DNA from: a candidate division FCPU426 bacterium
GTDB lineage: Bacteria > Oederibacteriota > PGYV01 > Palsa-1178
Assembly (NCBI GenBank): GCA_963840035.1
Contig: CAWIXE010000002.1
Span: 1,024,001 to 1,088,000 of the forward strand
Length of the DNA: 64,000 bases
Reading direction: 5' to 3'
In this document: positions 47,148 through 57,656 of the stretch, piece after piece
Numbering within the stretch: position 1 is the stretch's first letter
How the letters are laid out: each line of letters starts with the position of its first letter
Notes under the pieces: model-generated
What the model was told of the DNA's origin: nothing
The model's database searches: none
Seen by the model: the letters and a program-made list of their open reading frames with translations, nothing else
Translations under genes and position numbers: made by a program

Positions 47148-47591
47148 TTACTCCTCCCTTTTCAGGGCCAGAAGGACTGATTTAACCCCGTCAGCGCTGC
47201 CCGCGGATGAAAAATCAATGCCGAGCTCTAGCACCCTCGCAAGCGCGAGGTTCACAAACATATCCTCGGTAAAGCGCGCTCCGCTGTTTTTCGCCTTTAT
47301 CATCTTAACTATTTTCATGATCTTTCCGTGGTTGTTTTTATCAAGCCGTGACTGAAGTTTCTTTTTGGCCCTGCGCGGCTGGCCTGTTATGGCCGGCTTT
47401 GCCTGGGCTTTCATATTGGTTTCCTCAGGCACCGCAGCCTGCGCCGGCGATGTTACCATATGCGGTACCTCGGCATAGGCAAAGCTTTCTTCCCGTTTAA
47501 CCTTTTCCCGGTTTTCCCGCTCTTCTTTTAACCTCTTAAGCCTTTCAATCTGCATTTGAGCTTCTGTAAAGCCGTCCTTATCGTCTGCCAT
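47148..47591 (-). CDS. Hypothetical protein
   Basis: 147-aa ORF tightly packed in the operon. Confidence 0.65.
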   Translation of the reverse strand: MADDKDGFTEAQMQIERLKRLKEERENREKVKREESFAYAEVPHMVTSPAQAAVPEETNMKAQAKPAITGQPRRAKKKLQSRLDKNNHGKIMKIVKMIKAKNSGARFTEDMFVNLALARVLELGIDFSSAGSADGVKSVLLALKREE

Positions 47592-47593
47592 TA

Positions 47594-48808
47594 TTACCCC
47601 TGATTATCAAGTTTTTGTATGCCCGCGATCACGGAATCTATACTGGCATATATATTCATGCCTGTCCTGTCCATCTCGTCAACTTCCATGCTCATCCTGT
47701 CCGCAAGTTTATTGTAATCCTCGGTCTTCTTGTAAAAATCGCTGATGATCTTAAACATGAGCTCGCTGTCCGTAAAGTGTTCGTCGGTGAAGGACGATAT
47801 GTTCGCGATAATTTTCTCAACATGCTTTACATCCTTTACGATGCCGATAAAAATATCGCCTGTCTGGTAGAAGGTCTTTATATTGTCCTCAATCTTCTCA
47901 GTCATCTTAATCATATCAATGACTTCATCAGTCCTTTTCTGGATTTCCTTGAGTATCTGCGTGATTTCCTCAGCCGAATTATTGGAATTAGTCGCGAGAT
48001 TCTTAATCTCCTCCGCGACTACGGAAAAACTCTTTCCAGCTTCGCCGGCCCTGGCCGCCTCAATACCGGCGTTTAACGCGAGCATGTTTGTCTTTTTTGT
48101 CATTTCAGTAATGGTCATGACAAAAGCCCTGATCCTTTTTGACATCTCAACGAGCTCTTCAATTATTTTTGTGGAGGATATGATGGATTCTTTAAGTTCT
48201 GTGATTGACTGTATCTCGTGCCCTATGGCCTTTACGCCTTTTGACGCGCTTTCCGACTGTTTTTTGGCGTCTTTAAGGACATTCTGCGTGGAATTATCGA
48301 TGTTTTTGGAGGTGTTCTTGATCTCAAGGCCGATGGCTTTGATTTTTTCAAATGTCCTTATATTAGTTTCTATGAACGCTTTAATATTTTTTATGTCATT
48401 CCTTATATCATCGCTTTTTCCGCGTTCGTGGTCGTATATGGATTTCACGTCATTTAAGGACTGTATGATGGATTTCAAATCGCTTTTCTCAAGCGTTATT
48501 TTTTTTGAATTGACTGTGTCCTTATCCTTCAGCTCCCCGACTATTTCCGCCACATCCTCATCCCGCATGCTCTCGTCATCCAGGCTATAATCGCCTGAAA
48601 CAGCCTTTTTAACCCACGTCAGGACTATGTCATGATATTTCCGCAGAAAAAGCGTGGTGATGACAAGCACGACAACCGAATCAAGCAGCATGAAAAAAAC
48701 AATAAAGGTCGGGTTTAAGTTATAATAGAAAGAAAGGATCCCGGAAAAAACCAGGGAAACCACAAAAATCGTTATGCCGCATAGTACAAATATACCCTGA
48801 ACCCTCAT
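47594..48808 (-). CDS. Methyl-accepting chemotaxis-like protein (2 TM, no extracytoplasmic sensor)
   Basis: [33 protein letters not shown] hairpin tip. Confidence 0.88.
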   Translation of the reverse strand: MRVQGIFVLCGITIFVVSLVFSGILSFYYNLNPTFIVFFMLLDSVVVLVITTLFLRKYHDIVLTWVKKAVSGDYSLDDESMRDEDVAEIVGELKDKDTVNSKKITLEKSDLKSIIQSLNDVKSIYDHERGKSDDIRNDIKNIKAFIETNIRTFEKIKAIGLEIKNTSKNIDNSTQNVLKDAKKQSESASKGVKAIGHEIQSITELKESIISSTKIIEELVEMSKRIRAFVMTITEMTKKTNMLALNAGIEAARAGEAGKSFSVVAEEIKNLATNSNNSAEEITQILKEIQKRTDEVIDMIKMTEKIEDNIKTFYQTGDIFIGIVKDVKHVEKIIANISSFTDEHFTDSELMFKIISDFYKKTEDYNKLADRMSMEVDEMDRTGMNIYASIDSVIAGIQKLDNQG

Positions 48809-50073
48809 GCCATACCCTCGTCTTCAAGCTTAATGTCCGCGCCAAGCCCTGAGAGTTTCTTATCAAGCGCTTCATAGCCCCTCTCGAGGTGGTATATCCT
48901 GCGGATTTCGGTTTCGCCTTCAGCCGCGAGCCCGGCAATTATAAGCGCCGCGCTTGCGCGCAGGTCCGATGCCATGACGCTCGCGCCGCTTAACTTTTTT
49001 ACGCCTGTCACAACCGACGTGTTCCCGTCTATTTTTATATCCGCCCCCATCCTTCCGAGTTCAGGGACATGCATGAACCTGTTTTCCCATATCTTTTCCT
49101 TTATTATGCTGTCGCCGTTTGCCAGCGTCATTAACGCCATCCACTGCGCCTGTATATCCGTCGGAAAACCGGGATATGGTTCCGTGGTAATACCTGTGCC
49201 TTTGAGCCTTCCCTTATATGGTTTCACATGCACCCAGTCGTCATGAACATCAAATTTTGCCCCGGCCTCCCTGAGTTTTTCAAAAAACAGCTCAAGGTGC
49301 CCGGTATTTACATTCTCGACCTTTACATTTCCCCTGGTAATCACGGCAGCCGCTATCAGCGTGGCCGCCTCTATCCTGTCCGGTATTACTTTATAATTTT
49401 TAACGCCGTGCAGGCTCTTAACCCCTGTAATGCTTATGGTCCCGGTTCCGCTGCCTTCTATTTTTGCGCCCATGGCCTTTAAAAAATTTATTGTCTCGGC
49501 TATCTCCGGCTCCTTTGACGCGTTCTCCAGGACTGTTTTTCCCTTTGCGAGCACTGACGCCAGCATGGCATTAACCGTCGCGCCGAGGCTTGTTTTGGGG
49601 AATACTATTCTCGCGCCTTTGAGCTGTTTTGCCGACGCTATGACATATCCGTGCTTTATCTCAATCTTGGCGCCAAGTTTTTTCATGGCCATCAGATGCA
49701 GGTCTATGGGGCGAAGCCCTATGGCGCACCCGCCGGGAAGCGATACCTTTGCTTTTCCAAACCTTCCCAGAAGCGGTCCAAGCACGTATATTGACGCGCG
49801 CATGGTCTTAACAAGGTCATAGGGCGCGCTTAAGTTCTTTATGGAGTCAGGCTGTACATGGAGAGTGTTGCTGTCTAAGAACGCGTTCGCGCCCAATATT
49901 TTAAAAAGTTCTGACATCGTGCGTATGTCCCGGACCATCGGTATCCCTGTGATTGTCGAAGGTTCGTCGGAAAGCAGCGCGGCGGCCATGATCGGCAGCG
50001 TCGCGTTCTTTGAACCGCCCGCGCGGACAGTTCCCTTTAAGGTTTTTCCGCCGCGGATAAGCATTTTTTTCAT
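48805..50073 (-). CDS. murA: UDP-N-acetylglucosamine 1-carboxyvinyltransferase
   Basis: [33 protein letters not shown]. Confidence 0.97.
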   Translation of the reverse strand: MKKMLIRGGKTLKGTVRAGGSKNATLPIMAAALLSDEPSTITGIPMVRDIRTMSELFKILGANAFLDSNTLHVQPDSIKNLSAPYDLVKTMRASIYVLGPLLGRFGKAKVSLPGGCAIGLRPIDLHLMAMKKLGAKIEIKHGYVIASAKQLKGARIVFPKTSLGATVNAMLASVLAKGKTVLENASKEPEIAETINFLKAMGAKIEGSGTGTISITGVKSLHGVKNYKVIPDRIEAATLIAAAVITRGNVKVENVNTGHLELFFEKLREAGAKFDVHDDWVHVKPYKGRLKGTGITTEPYPGFPTDIQAQWMALMTLANGDSIIKEKIWENRFMHVPELGRMGADIKIDGNTSVVTGVKKLSGASVMASDLRASAALIIAGLAAEGETEIRRIYHLERGYEALDKKLSGLGADIKLEDEGMA

Positions 50074-50120
50074 ATTTGTTCCCTTTTAAGATTTAATATT
50101 TAAGCAATAAAATATAAGAT

Positions 50121-50149
50121 ATTATAATACGTTTCACAGGGATAGTCAA
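50121..50149 (-). promoter_or_regulatory. Sigma-70 promoter TTGACT-N17-TATAAT
   Basis: Upstream of murA. Confidence 0.65.
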
Positions 50150-50174
50150 ACAAGAATACAGGGCAAATGGAATT

Positions 50175-50267
50175 TAGCCATATAACCAAATAGCCATATA
50201 GCCATGTAGATTTGCAGTTAAAAAATGCAAACAGCCAATAAATAAGCACCTGTTTATTTATTGGCTA
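50175..50267. repeat. Octamer repeat (tagccata x4, degenerate) plus 13-bp hairpin
   Basis: tagccata taaccaaa tagccata tagccatg; agccaataaataa...ttatttattggct. Confidence 0.6.
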
Positions 50268-50302
50268 TTTGCTTTACGGCCTATTGAATAAATGTTTATT
50301 TA

Positions 50303-51415
50303 TTATACTGCCGGTGACGGCGATAATCTTATGCCTTTAAAGGTCAGCTCAGCTTCAGTAATTAGTTCCTGCATGAGCTCCTTTACTGTGACTATCTTTG
50401 TTACCCTGTATGCATTAGCACCGCAGAAAGCAAAACCGTTATTCATGAGCCCCTTTGCCGCGCTTACAAGCGCCGAAGCTATACAGTACGGGCTTTCTTC
50501 TACTTTGCATGTTTTCAGGCAGTGATACGGGCATTTTATGGGAACTTTATGGCCCTGGGCGACAAGTTCAAGAAACTTATTATTGACAGCCCTGCCTGGC
50601 AGGCCAACCGGCGAGTTTATAATTACAATATCCTCTTCTTTACAGTTTATAAACGCTTCCTTAAACAGCGGGCTTGCGTCGCATTCCTCAGTGGCCACAA
50701 ATCTTGTACCCATCTGCACTCCCGAAGCGCCCAGTTCCATTATTCTTGCAATATCAGTCCCTGTGAATATTCCGCCGGCCGCAATCACAGGAATCTTCCT
50801 GCCGTATTTTTCCTCATACGGCTTTACCGCCTCTATCACATCCGTTACGAGTTTCTCAAGGTTATGTTCTTCCATATTTTGCAGTTCTTTATAGGAGAAT
50901 CCCAGGTGTCCTCCGGCTTTTGGGCCTTCTACTATGACCAAATCCGGGGCAGTGCTATATTTTGAGTCCCACGATTTGCATATGATTGCCGCGCTTCTGC
51001 CCGATGACGCAATGGGAGCGAGCTTTACATTTGACTTCATCTCAATCTTAAACTTAGGCAGGTGCAAAGGCAGCCCAGCCCCTGAGATTATTATATCGAT
51101 GCCTTCTTCTATGGATGTCCTTATGATTTCGTCATAGTTTGTCATGGCGCCGAGTATATTCACGCCCAGCAGCCCCTTTGTCATAGCTTTTGCGGCCCTG
51201 ATTTCCTCCCGTAGCGCCCTGTTATTTGACTCCACAAAATTTGAAAATGCGTCCGGTTGCTTGAAACAAATACCCACCGTAGAAATCACACCAATGCCGC
51301 CTTCATTTGCCACAGCTGAAGCAAGTTTTGACAAGGATATGCCAACGCCCATGCCTCCCTGAATGATGGGCACTTTTGCCAGTATGTCACCAATTTTAAG
51401 TTCCGGTAATTTCAT
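50303..51415 (-). CDS. Nitronate monooxygenase / FabK-like FMN oxidoreductase
   Basis: PIIQGGMGVG, EGPKAGGHLG, GVQMGTRF, SPVGLPGRA, C-x-x-H-C-x-x-x-C...YCI. Confidence 0.88.
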   Translation of the reverse strand: MKLPELKIGDILAKVPIIQGGMGVGISLSKLASAVANEGGIGVISTVGICFKQPDAFSNFVESNNRALREEIRAAKAMTKGLLGVNILGAMTNYDEIIRTSIEEGIDIIISGAGLPLHLPKFKIEMKSNVKLAPIASSGRSAAIICKSWDSKYSTAPDLVIVEGPKAGGHLGFSYKELQNMEEHNLEKLVTDVIEAVKPYEEKYGRKIPVIAAGGIFTGTDIARIMELGASGVQMGTRFVATEECDASPLFKEAFINCKEEDIVIINSPVGLPGRAVNNKFLELVAQGHKVPIKCPYHCLKTCKVEESPYCIASALVSAAKGLMNNGFAFCGANAYRVTKIVTVKELMQELITEAELTFKGIRLSPSPAV

Positions 51416-51552
51416 ATATTACTCCTTTTTTTAGGCCGGTAATGACGGTTAACCTGGTTTCATAAGAAGCCATTTGGAATGGCTGCAGCTGACTGTCCAA
51501 GTATAGTCTACAATCCTGCCCGACTATTGCTCATAGTTATCTATCAATACAT

Positions 51553-51581
51553 ATTATACATTTATTTCCACAAAAAGTCAA
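51553..51581 (-). promoter_or_regulatory. Sigma-70 promoter TTGACT-N17-TATAAT giving a ~130-nt leader
   Basis: Near-consensus match. Confidence 0.65.
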
Positions 51582-51667
51582 ACACCGTTGGGTTTAGTTA
51601 TTGTATATAATCGTGTGTAAATTCATATTTGCTTATATTAAACGTGTTAATTTTCTTCTACCACTGC

Positions 51668-51758
51668 TTCCCCCTCTCCTATTAGTAGATGGGCTGGGGT
51701 GAGGTGAAACCAATTGTCTTATTCCCCTCACCCTACCTTCTCCCAAGGGGAGAGGGAA
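51668..51758. repeat. CCCTCACCC/GGGGAGAGGG-type palindromic miniature element
   Basis: ccctctcc...ggggtgagg ... ccctcaccc...ggggagaggg nested inverted arms. Confidence 0.65.
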
Positions 51759-51803
51759 AAAAGAACAAAACAATTTACACACAATTCTTGACAATATCCG
51801 GGT

Positions 51804-52256
51804 TTATTCATAGCCATACATGGAGTAACTCAGAGCCCTGGTATCTGTCTGTGAATTACGCAGCCATATATTGCCTGTGACCTTGTTGTATTTCCATCCG
51901 TCAGTATTTGTGTTGATAGTGGCATTAACAACCACGACATTTACGGCAGTCGATGTCCCTGAGAGTTTATAACCGCTTTTTGAGTGCGTAACCTTTACTG
52001 CCGGTATTTTCTGAATATACTTGGTCAAAAACCTGTTGTCAGTCAATCCACCCGGCCATACGGAATTGGATGCATAATAAATAACTACAGCGCTTTTTAA
52101 CGCGGCTATATTTCCTTTTGTAGCGCCTTCCTTTGACTTTTCGAGCATGTCACTGAACTTTGGGATAGATACGCTGGCAAGTATGCCTATAACCGCAACC
52201 ACTATCATAAGCTCAATTAACGTAAATCCTTTATCGCTACTTTTGGTTTTTTTCAT
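51804..52256 (-). CDS. Prepilin-type N-terminal cleavage/methylation protein (type IV pilin/pseudopilin)
   Basis: [25 protein letters not shown]. Confidence 0.9.
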   Translation of the reverse strand: MKKTKSSDKGFTLIELMIVVAVIGILASVSIPKFSDMLEKSKEGATKGNIAALKSAVVIYYASNSVWPGGLTDNRFLTKYIQKIPAVKVTHSKSGYKLSGTSTAVNVVVVNATINTNTDGWKYNKVTGNIWLRNSQTDTRALSYSMYGYE

Positions 52257-52349
52257 AATTTATAATAACCCCTTTAGCCCAATTTGTCAAAAACTATAAT
52301 TACCGGAAAAACGGTTTCAGATATACACTTCCAGAACTGATGAAATCCA

Positions 52350-53303
52350 TTATAGAGTCATCACTTCCTGAAGTCCTGATATATATTTTACTATTTCATC
52401 CTTATCATCCATAGTCATTAGTTTTTTTCTGACATCAGCCGCGCGGTCAAAACCCTTAATGTATTTGTTAAAATACTTCCTGGCTTCAAGCATGCCGCGC
52501 TGTCCCTTAAAAGAGTAAAGCAGCTCAAAATGGCTCAAAGAAGTCAGAATCCTTTCCCTAAGGGACGGCATATATCCGGGCTCCATAATTTCTTTAAAAA
52601 TAAAGGGATTTCCTATGGCTGCCCTGCCTATCATAACCGCGTCGCAGCCTGTTTCTTTTTGCATGCGGAAAGCGTCTCCGGCGGTTATTACATCGCCGTT
52701 GCCAATAACAAATAGTTTTGATTTTTCTTTAAGTATCCGGATATGCTCCCAGTTTGACTTTCCCTTAAACTGCTGCATGCGGGTGCGCGGATGAAGTGTT
52801 ATTATGGATACGCCGTTATCCTCGGCCATTTTATTAAATTCAAGGAACACTATTTTCGAATCATCCCAGCCGCTCCTTATCTTTATGCTTACCGGAACTT
52901 TGACTGCTTTGACAGTGTTCTGGACTATCTTTTCGGCAAGCGGCAGGTCCAAAAGCAGGCTTGCGCCGGAACCTGACCCGGCAATGCGCCGCACCGGGCA
53001 CCCGAAATTTATGTCTATAAGGTCAAACCCCATCTCTTCTGAAGCCTTGGCGGCATCATAGAACATATCCGCCCTGTTGCCAAAAAGCTGGATTGCTACG
53101 GGCTTTTCTTCAGGGGTAAAATAGGTAAGTTTTTCCATCTTGGGGCGCAGCCGCGGGACAGCCATGGTATATTCGCTCACCATTTCCGTATAAGCAATCG
53201 AAGCGCCGTATTCCCTGCACAACATACGGAAAGCATGGTCTGTATAGCCCGCCAGCGGGGCCAGGACATAAGGAAATTTTTTTATTTGTTCTAATACGTT
53301 CAT
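52350..53303 (-). CDS. dusB: tRNA-dihydrouridine synthase
   Basis: LAPLAGYTD, IDINFGCP, HPRT, NGDV, MIGRAAIGNP. Confidence 0.9.
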   Translation of the reverse strand: MNVLEQIKKFPYVLAPLAGYTDHAFRMLCREYGASIAYTEMVSEYTMAVPRLRPKMEKLTYFTPEEKPVAIQLFGNRADMFYDAAKASEEMGFDLIDINFGCPVRRIAGSGSGASLLLDLPLAEKIVQNTVKAVKVPVSIKIRSGWDDSKIVFLEFNKMAEDNGVSIITLHPRTRMQQFKGKSNWEHIRILKEKSKLFVIGNGDVITAGDAFRMQKETGCDAVMIGRAAIGNPFIFKEIMEPGYMPSLRERILTSLSHFELLYSFKGQRGMLEARKYFNKYIKGFDRAADVRKKLMTMDDKDEIVKYISGLQEVMTL

Positions 53304-53779
53304 TTATCCCTTTTCTTTGCTTCCCGTTTCTTATTTGACCTTATTGAAACTTTTTTCTCCAGGGCGTCAATTATCCTGTTCATGACCATGAATACGACTA
53401 TTATTACCCCGGTTGAGAGCGCTGCCAGATAATAGTTTCCCGCCCCGACTGCCACGCCGATGCCTGCCACACTCCAGAGACTGGCCGCGGTCGTTAAACC
53501 AATAACAGAACCACCGAATTGTATGATGGTGCCCGCGCCGAGAAAACCAATTCCAGTAACTATCTGAGCCGCTATCCTGCTCGGGTCCACCTGCGCCTTG
53601 CCCTGAAATTCCTGGTAGAACCATATTGACATGATTGTAAATACCGTCGATCCAAGCCCGACTAAAATATGAGTTTTTGTCCCGGCAGGCTTATTCCTTA
53701 ATTCCCTGTCGATGCCCACTATCGCCGCCAAAATTACTATCATAAATACTTTTACCGTGATATCAATGTACTGGCCCAT
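53300..53779 (-). CDS. MgtC/SapB family membrane protein
   Basis: AGTKTH, DPSRIAAQIVTGIGFLGAG, GLTTAASLW. Confidence 0.92.
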   Translation of the reverse strand: MGQYIDITVKVFMIVILAAIVGIDRELRNKPAGTKTHILVGLGSTVFTIMSIWFYQEFQGKAQVDPSRIAAQIVTGIGFLGAGTIIQFGGSVIGLTTAASLWSVAGIGVAVGAGNYYLAALSTGVIIVVFMVMNRIIDALEKKVSIRSNKKREAKKRDK

Positions 53780-53798
53780 AAATTATTCCTCCTTATGA

Positions 53799-54812
53799 TT
53801 ATACGCCCGCTATCGCGAGATCAGGATGCACTTCCTCATCCATGGGCGATTTTATTCCCCTTTTTATATATTCATATCCTGTATACGCTATCATGCCTGC
53901 GTTATCAGTACACAGCGCGAAAGAAGGCACATAAAAGCTCAGTTTTTTCTCCGCGCAAAACCCTTTTATCTCGTCCTTAAGATAGGAATTTGCCGCGACC
54001 CCGCCGGATATGCTTACGCTTTTCATCCTGTATTTTTCAAATATGCGCCGCATTTTATTGGATATGGAGCGCACTATGGATTTCTGAAATGCCGCGGCGA
54101 TATCATTTACCGGTATTGTCCCGTCTTCTATCTTTGCCCTGTTCCTGTCTATGTAATACAGCACCGAGGTTTTGATGCCGCTGAATGAAAAATCAAAACT
54201 TTTATCCTTCATCTGGGCCTGAGGAAATATAATCTTCCTCGCGTCGCCTTTCAATGCCGCCTTTGAAATGGACGGCCCGCCCGGGTATGGCAGCCCGAGC
54301 ATTTTTGCCACTTTATCAAAGGCCTCTCCCGCGGCGTCATCGCGCGTGGAGCCCAGCAGGTCATAAACACCGAAACTTTTGGCAAGATAAATATTAGTAT
54401 GCCCGCCCGAGACAACAAGTCCCAGGTACGGGAAAGTAAAATCAGGGAATTCAATGAACGGGCTTAAGAGGTGCGCTTCTATGTGGTTTACGCATATCAG
54501 CGGTATTTCCAGCGCCGCGCATACGGCTTTGGCGTAAGAGAGACCCACAATCAGCGCCCCGGCAAGGCCCGGCCCGTATGTCACAGCCACCGCGCCGATA
54601 TCCTCAAAATCCACGCCGGCCTTGGTAAGAGCCTCTTCCACAACAACCGGAAGTTTTGCCAGGTGTTCCCTCGCCGCTATTTCAGGCACCACCCCGCCAT
54701 AAACGCGGTGGGTTTTAATCTGGGAAAATATGACGTTTGAAATAAGCTTCCCGTCTTTTAAGACAGCCGCCGATGTTTCGTCGCAGGAAGTTTCTATGCC
54801 GAGTATATACAT
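53799..54812 (-). CDS. tsaD: tRNA threonylcarbamoyltransferase TsaD
   Basis: GIETSCDET, HIEAH, SGGHT, DDAAGEAFDK, CTDNAGMI. Confidence 0.97.
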   Translation of the reverse strand: MYILGIETSCDETSAAVLKDGKLISNVIFSQIKTHRVYGGVVPEIAAREHLAKLPVVVEEALTKAGVDFEDIGAVAVTYGPGLAGALIVGLSYAKAVCAALEIPLICVNHIEAHLLSPFIEFPDFTFPYLGLVVSGGHTNIYLAKSFGVYDLLGSTRDDAAGEAFDKVAKMLGLPYPGGPSISKAALKGDARKIIFPQAQMKDKSFDFSFSGIKTSVLYYIDRNRAKIEDGTIPVNDIAAAFQKSIVRSISNKMRRIFEKYRMKSVSISGGVAANSYLKDEIKGFCAEKKLSFYVPSFALCTDNAGMIAYTGYEYIKRGIKSPMDEEVHPDLAIAGV

Positions 54813-54822
54813 TACAACTCCT

Positions 54823-54911
54823 CAATTTTGAATTTTCAATTTTGAATTTTCAATTAACAACGGGTTTGTCTTCATCCCCAATTGAAAATCGAAAATTTAA
54901 AATTGAAAATA
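54823..54911. repeat. Inverted heptamer arrays (aattttS / gaaaatt)
   Basis: aattttg aattttc aattttg aattttc ... aattgaa aatcgaa aatttaa aattgaa. Confidence 0.7.
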
Positions 54912-54915
54912 GCAC

Positions 54916-55962
54916 TTACTGTAACAGCTCCGCCACATAAACAAACTCAAACCCTTCCGCCTCTATTTCCGGCATCATGCGTTTTAGCGTCTCAAGCGTG
55001 ACCTCGTCATCGTGACCTATTCCGATCGCCCACCCCTGTTTTTTCGCTATGGCCTTGACCTGGTTTATCTGGACTTCATTATAGGCCGCTTCTTTTTTAT
55101 TATCTATGAAAACATTTCTTTTTCCGGCTTTTACGCCCATTTCAAGCGCGGTCTTGTACGCCACGGTTTTTCCGCTGGTTAAACTGTCGATAAAAAAATA
55201 ACCCTTTTCTTTCAGCGCGGTTAAGACGCCTCTCATAGTTTCCTTATTTTCAGTAACAAGCGAACCCTGATGATTGTTTACCCCGGTAATATAGGGAATC
55301 TCCCCTGCCAGTTTGTCCACTATCCTGGTAATCTCCCCCTGGCTCATGCCCGCCATGATGGTTTCCTTTTCCAGAGGCATCTTCCTCTCAGGCTGCATGG
55401 GCAGGTGCAGCATGACGCCTTTTCCTGCGACATGCGCCTGCTCCGCGGCCTTTTTTGAATATTTAAGGCCCGGCAGGACCGCCGCTGTATATACCTGTTT
55501 TATGGACGACAGATACGGAAGGCTTTTGGCGCCATAACCCCAATCATCAAGTATTATGGCTATCTTAGGCTTAAAATTCCTCACAAAACGGAATTTACAT
55601 ACCCTGGAAAAAGGCGATTCAATCTCGACCACTACGCTTTCTGATTTGTCTGTTTTGACTTCGGAACATTTTACGCCCATGTCCCGATTATCCGGGATGA
55701 GCGATAAAAACGCCTTTTCGAGTGTTTTGTAATCATACCTGCGCGGCATCCTCGCGGTGATATCAAGTACCTTTCCGTTATTCCTGGATACTATCAGAGC
55801 CGGGTCAACAATGATGTTTGTGATAAGAAAATTTTCAGAAATTTCTTTCAGATTGGCGGTTACCCTGTCAACCCTGGGCATGTAAATATACCTATAGAAT
55901 AATAATCCCAGCGCGGCCAGCACGAATATAACGGCCGCTGACGAAGAAAGGAATTTCTTCAT
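54916..55962 (-). CDS. Divergent polysaccharide deacetylase (YibQ family)
   Basis: AIILDDWG, LHLPMQP, GVNNHQGS, FIDSLT, AIGIGH. Confidence 0.92.
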   Translation of the reverse strand: MKKFLSSSAAVIFVLAALGLLFYRYIYMPRVDRVTANLKEISENFLITNIIVDPALIVSRNNGKVLDITARMPRRYDYKTLEKAFLSLIPDNRDMGVKCSEVKTDKSESVVVEIESPFSRVCKFRFVRNFKPKIAIILDDWGYGAKSLPYLSSIKQVYTAAVLPGLKYSKKAAEQAHVAGKGVMLHLPMQPERKMPLEKETIMAGMSQGEITRIVDKLAGEIPYITGVNNHQGSLVTENKETMRGVLTALKEKGYFFIDSLTSGKTVAYKTALEMGVKAGKRNVFIDNKKEAAYNEVQINQVKAIAKKQGWAIGIGHDDEVTLETLKRMMPEIEAEGFEFVYVAELLQ

Positions 55963-57425
55963 GACTTCATATTTCTCAGTTTGTTGATGGTATTTAAAAG
56001 GTCAACAGCTTTTTTTACCTGCGAATCATTTTCAATCGCGGCTTTTCTGGCAGCCCCGCGGCCCTTCTGTTTCTTGGCCACTTCAATCTTAATCCATTTA
56101 AGTATGGTATCCCTGTCCTGGGCCAGTTCCTGAACCTGTATGTCCTGCTTTTTTTCCTTTAGGAACTTTCCAAACTCTTCCATTATCTTGTCGTCGCCGT
56201 CCTTTTTAAACAGGACCTTAATATCCGACTCCGAAACCTTGACCGCGTCTTTTCTGGCAGCCTCCAGCCCGTCCGGATGTTTTTTCAGGAACTCAGCCGA
56301 GAAATCCTCAAAAACATTCTTTTCATAGAGCCCCGCCGTGTAGCTTGACGGCACGGCTTCCTCCATGACTATATCCGGTGTGATGCCCAGGCCGTGAATG
56401 GACTTGCCGTTTGGCGTCATGTACTTTGCCGTAGTCAGCCTTAAGGCGGACTTGTCAGACAGCGGTATGATGGTCTGGACAGAGCCTTTTCCAAATGACT
56501 GGGTGCCGAGTATGACCGCTCTGTTATTATCCTGAAGCGCGCCTGATAGGATCTCCGAAGCCGAAGCGCTGCCCCTGTTTATGAGCACAACTATATCTCC
56601 TTTGAACTGCTCGCCTTTTTCCGACTTAAACTCAATACCCTTTGTTTTGGACCTTCCCTGCGTATAAACTATCATGGAATCTTTCGGGAGGAACATGTCC
56701 GATATCTGCACTGCCTGGTCAAGCAGCCCTCCCGGGTTATCCCTTAAGTCAATGACAAGCTTTTTGATCTTGTCTTTTTTAAACTGTTTTAAACCTTTTT
56801 CCACTATGTCTGATGCGTCTCCCATGAATTCATTTATCCTGATGTAGCCTATATCATCGCCTATGGTGTTGAACCTGGCTGTCTCAATTTTTATGACCGC
56901 CCTTGTGAGCGTGTAGTCCTTAAAATCCGGGCTGCTCCCGCGCTGGATGCTGATGGTCACTTTCGTGCCCGGCTCGCCGCGCAGTTTATGCACGGCATCC
57001 ATGACCTCGAGCCCTTCGGTTGAGTCGCCTTCAATGAGCATTATTTTATCCCCTGCCTTGATGCCCGCTTCGTAAGCCGGAGTATCTTCAATGGGGGCAA
57101 CAACGATTAACTGGCCGTCCTTAACCGATATTTCGATGCCAAGCCCGCCAAACTGCGCTTTAGTATCATCGCTCATGTCCTTATATGCCTGCGGGTCCAT
57201 GTACTGCGAAAAGGGGTCTATGTTTTGTATCATACCTTTAATAGCGCCCTCAGCAAGGTCCTTCGGATTTGTCTTATCCTCATCAACATAGCTTTCCTGA
57301 ATGATGGCATATACTTCCATCAGCGGCTTTAGGGCTTCATAAGCTTCTTTCTGCTTGTCAGCCCTCGCCGCGAATGAGAAACATACAGTAAATATCAAAA
57401 CCATTAAAGTAATCCGTCTTTTCAT
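55959..57425 (-). CDS. ctpA: S41 carboxyl-terminal processing protease with PDZ domain
   Basis: FGGLGIEI, DLRDNPGG, SASASEI, FGKGSVQ. Confidence 0.93.
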   Translation of the reverse strand: MKRRITLMVLIFTVCFSFAARADKQKEAYEALKPLMEVYAIIQESYVDEDKTNPKDLAEGAIKGMIQNIDPFSQYMDPQAYKDMSDDTKAQFGGLGIEISVKDGQLIVVAPIEDTPAYEAGIKAGDKIMLIEGDSTEGLEVMDAVHKLRGEPGTKVTISIQRGSSPDFKDYTLTRAVIKIETARFNTIGDDIGYIRINEFMGDASDIVEKGLKQFKKDKIKKLVIDLRDNPGGLLDQAVQISDMFLPKDSMIVYTQGRSKTKGIEFKSEKGEQFKGDIVVLINRGSASASEILSGALQDNNRAVILGTQSFGKGSVQTIIPLSDKSALRLTTAKYMTPNGKSIHGLGITPDIVMEEAVPSSYTAGLYEKNVFEDFSAEFLKKHPDGLEAARKDAVKVSESDIKVLFKKDGDDKIMEEFGKFLKEKKQDIQVQELAQDRDTILKWIKIEVAKKQKGRGAARKAAIENDSQVKKAVDLLNTINKLRNMKS

Positions 57426-57514
57426 TTAATTCCTCCGTTTGGATAAGATTGCGCAGTTAAAAACTATTAAAATCTTATAATAAAGAGAGATAAAAGTCAA
57501 ATGCATATAAAAGC

Positions 57515-57652
57515 GAGACAAGAGATTGGAGACAGGAGTAAAGCATAAAAATGAGACAGGAGACAAGAGATTGGAGACAAGACTAAACCATATGGCCGCC
57601 CTTATCTCTTGTTTCCTATCTCCTATCTCCTATCTCCTATCTCCTATCTCTT
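57515..57652. repeat. Inverted heptamer arrays (gagacaR / tcctatc)
   Basis: gagacaa gagattg gagacag... and tcctatc x5. Confidence 0.75.
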
Positions 57653-57656
57653 TCCT

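Noticed and set aside
57515..57652. CRISPR array
   Set aside because: 7-bp tandem units with no unique spacers and no cas genes
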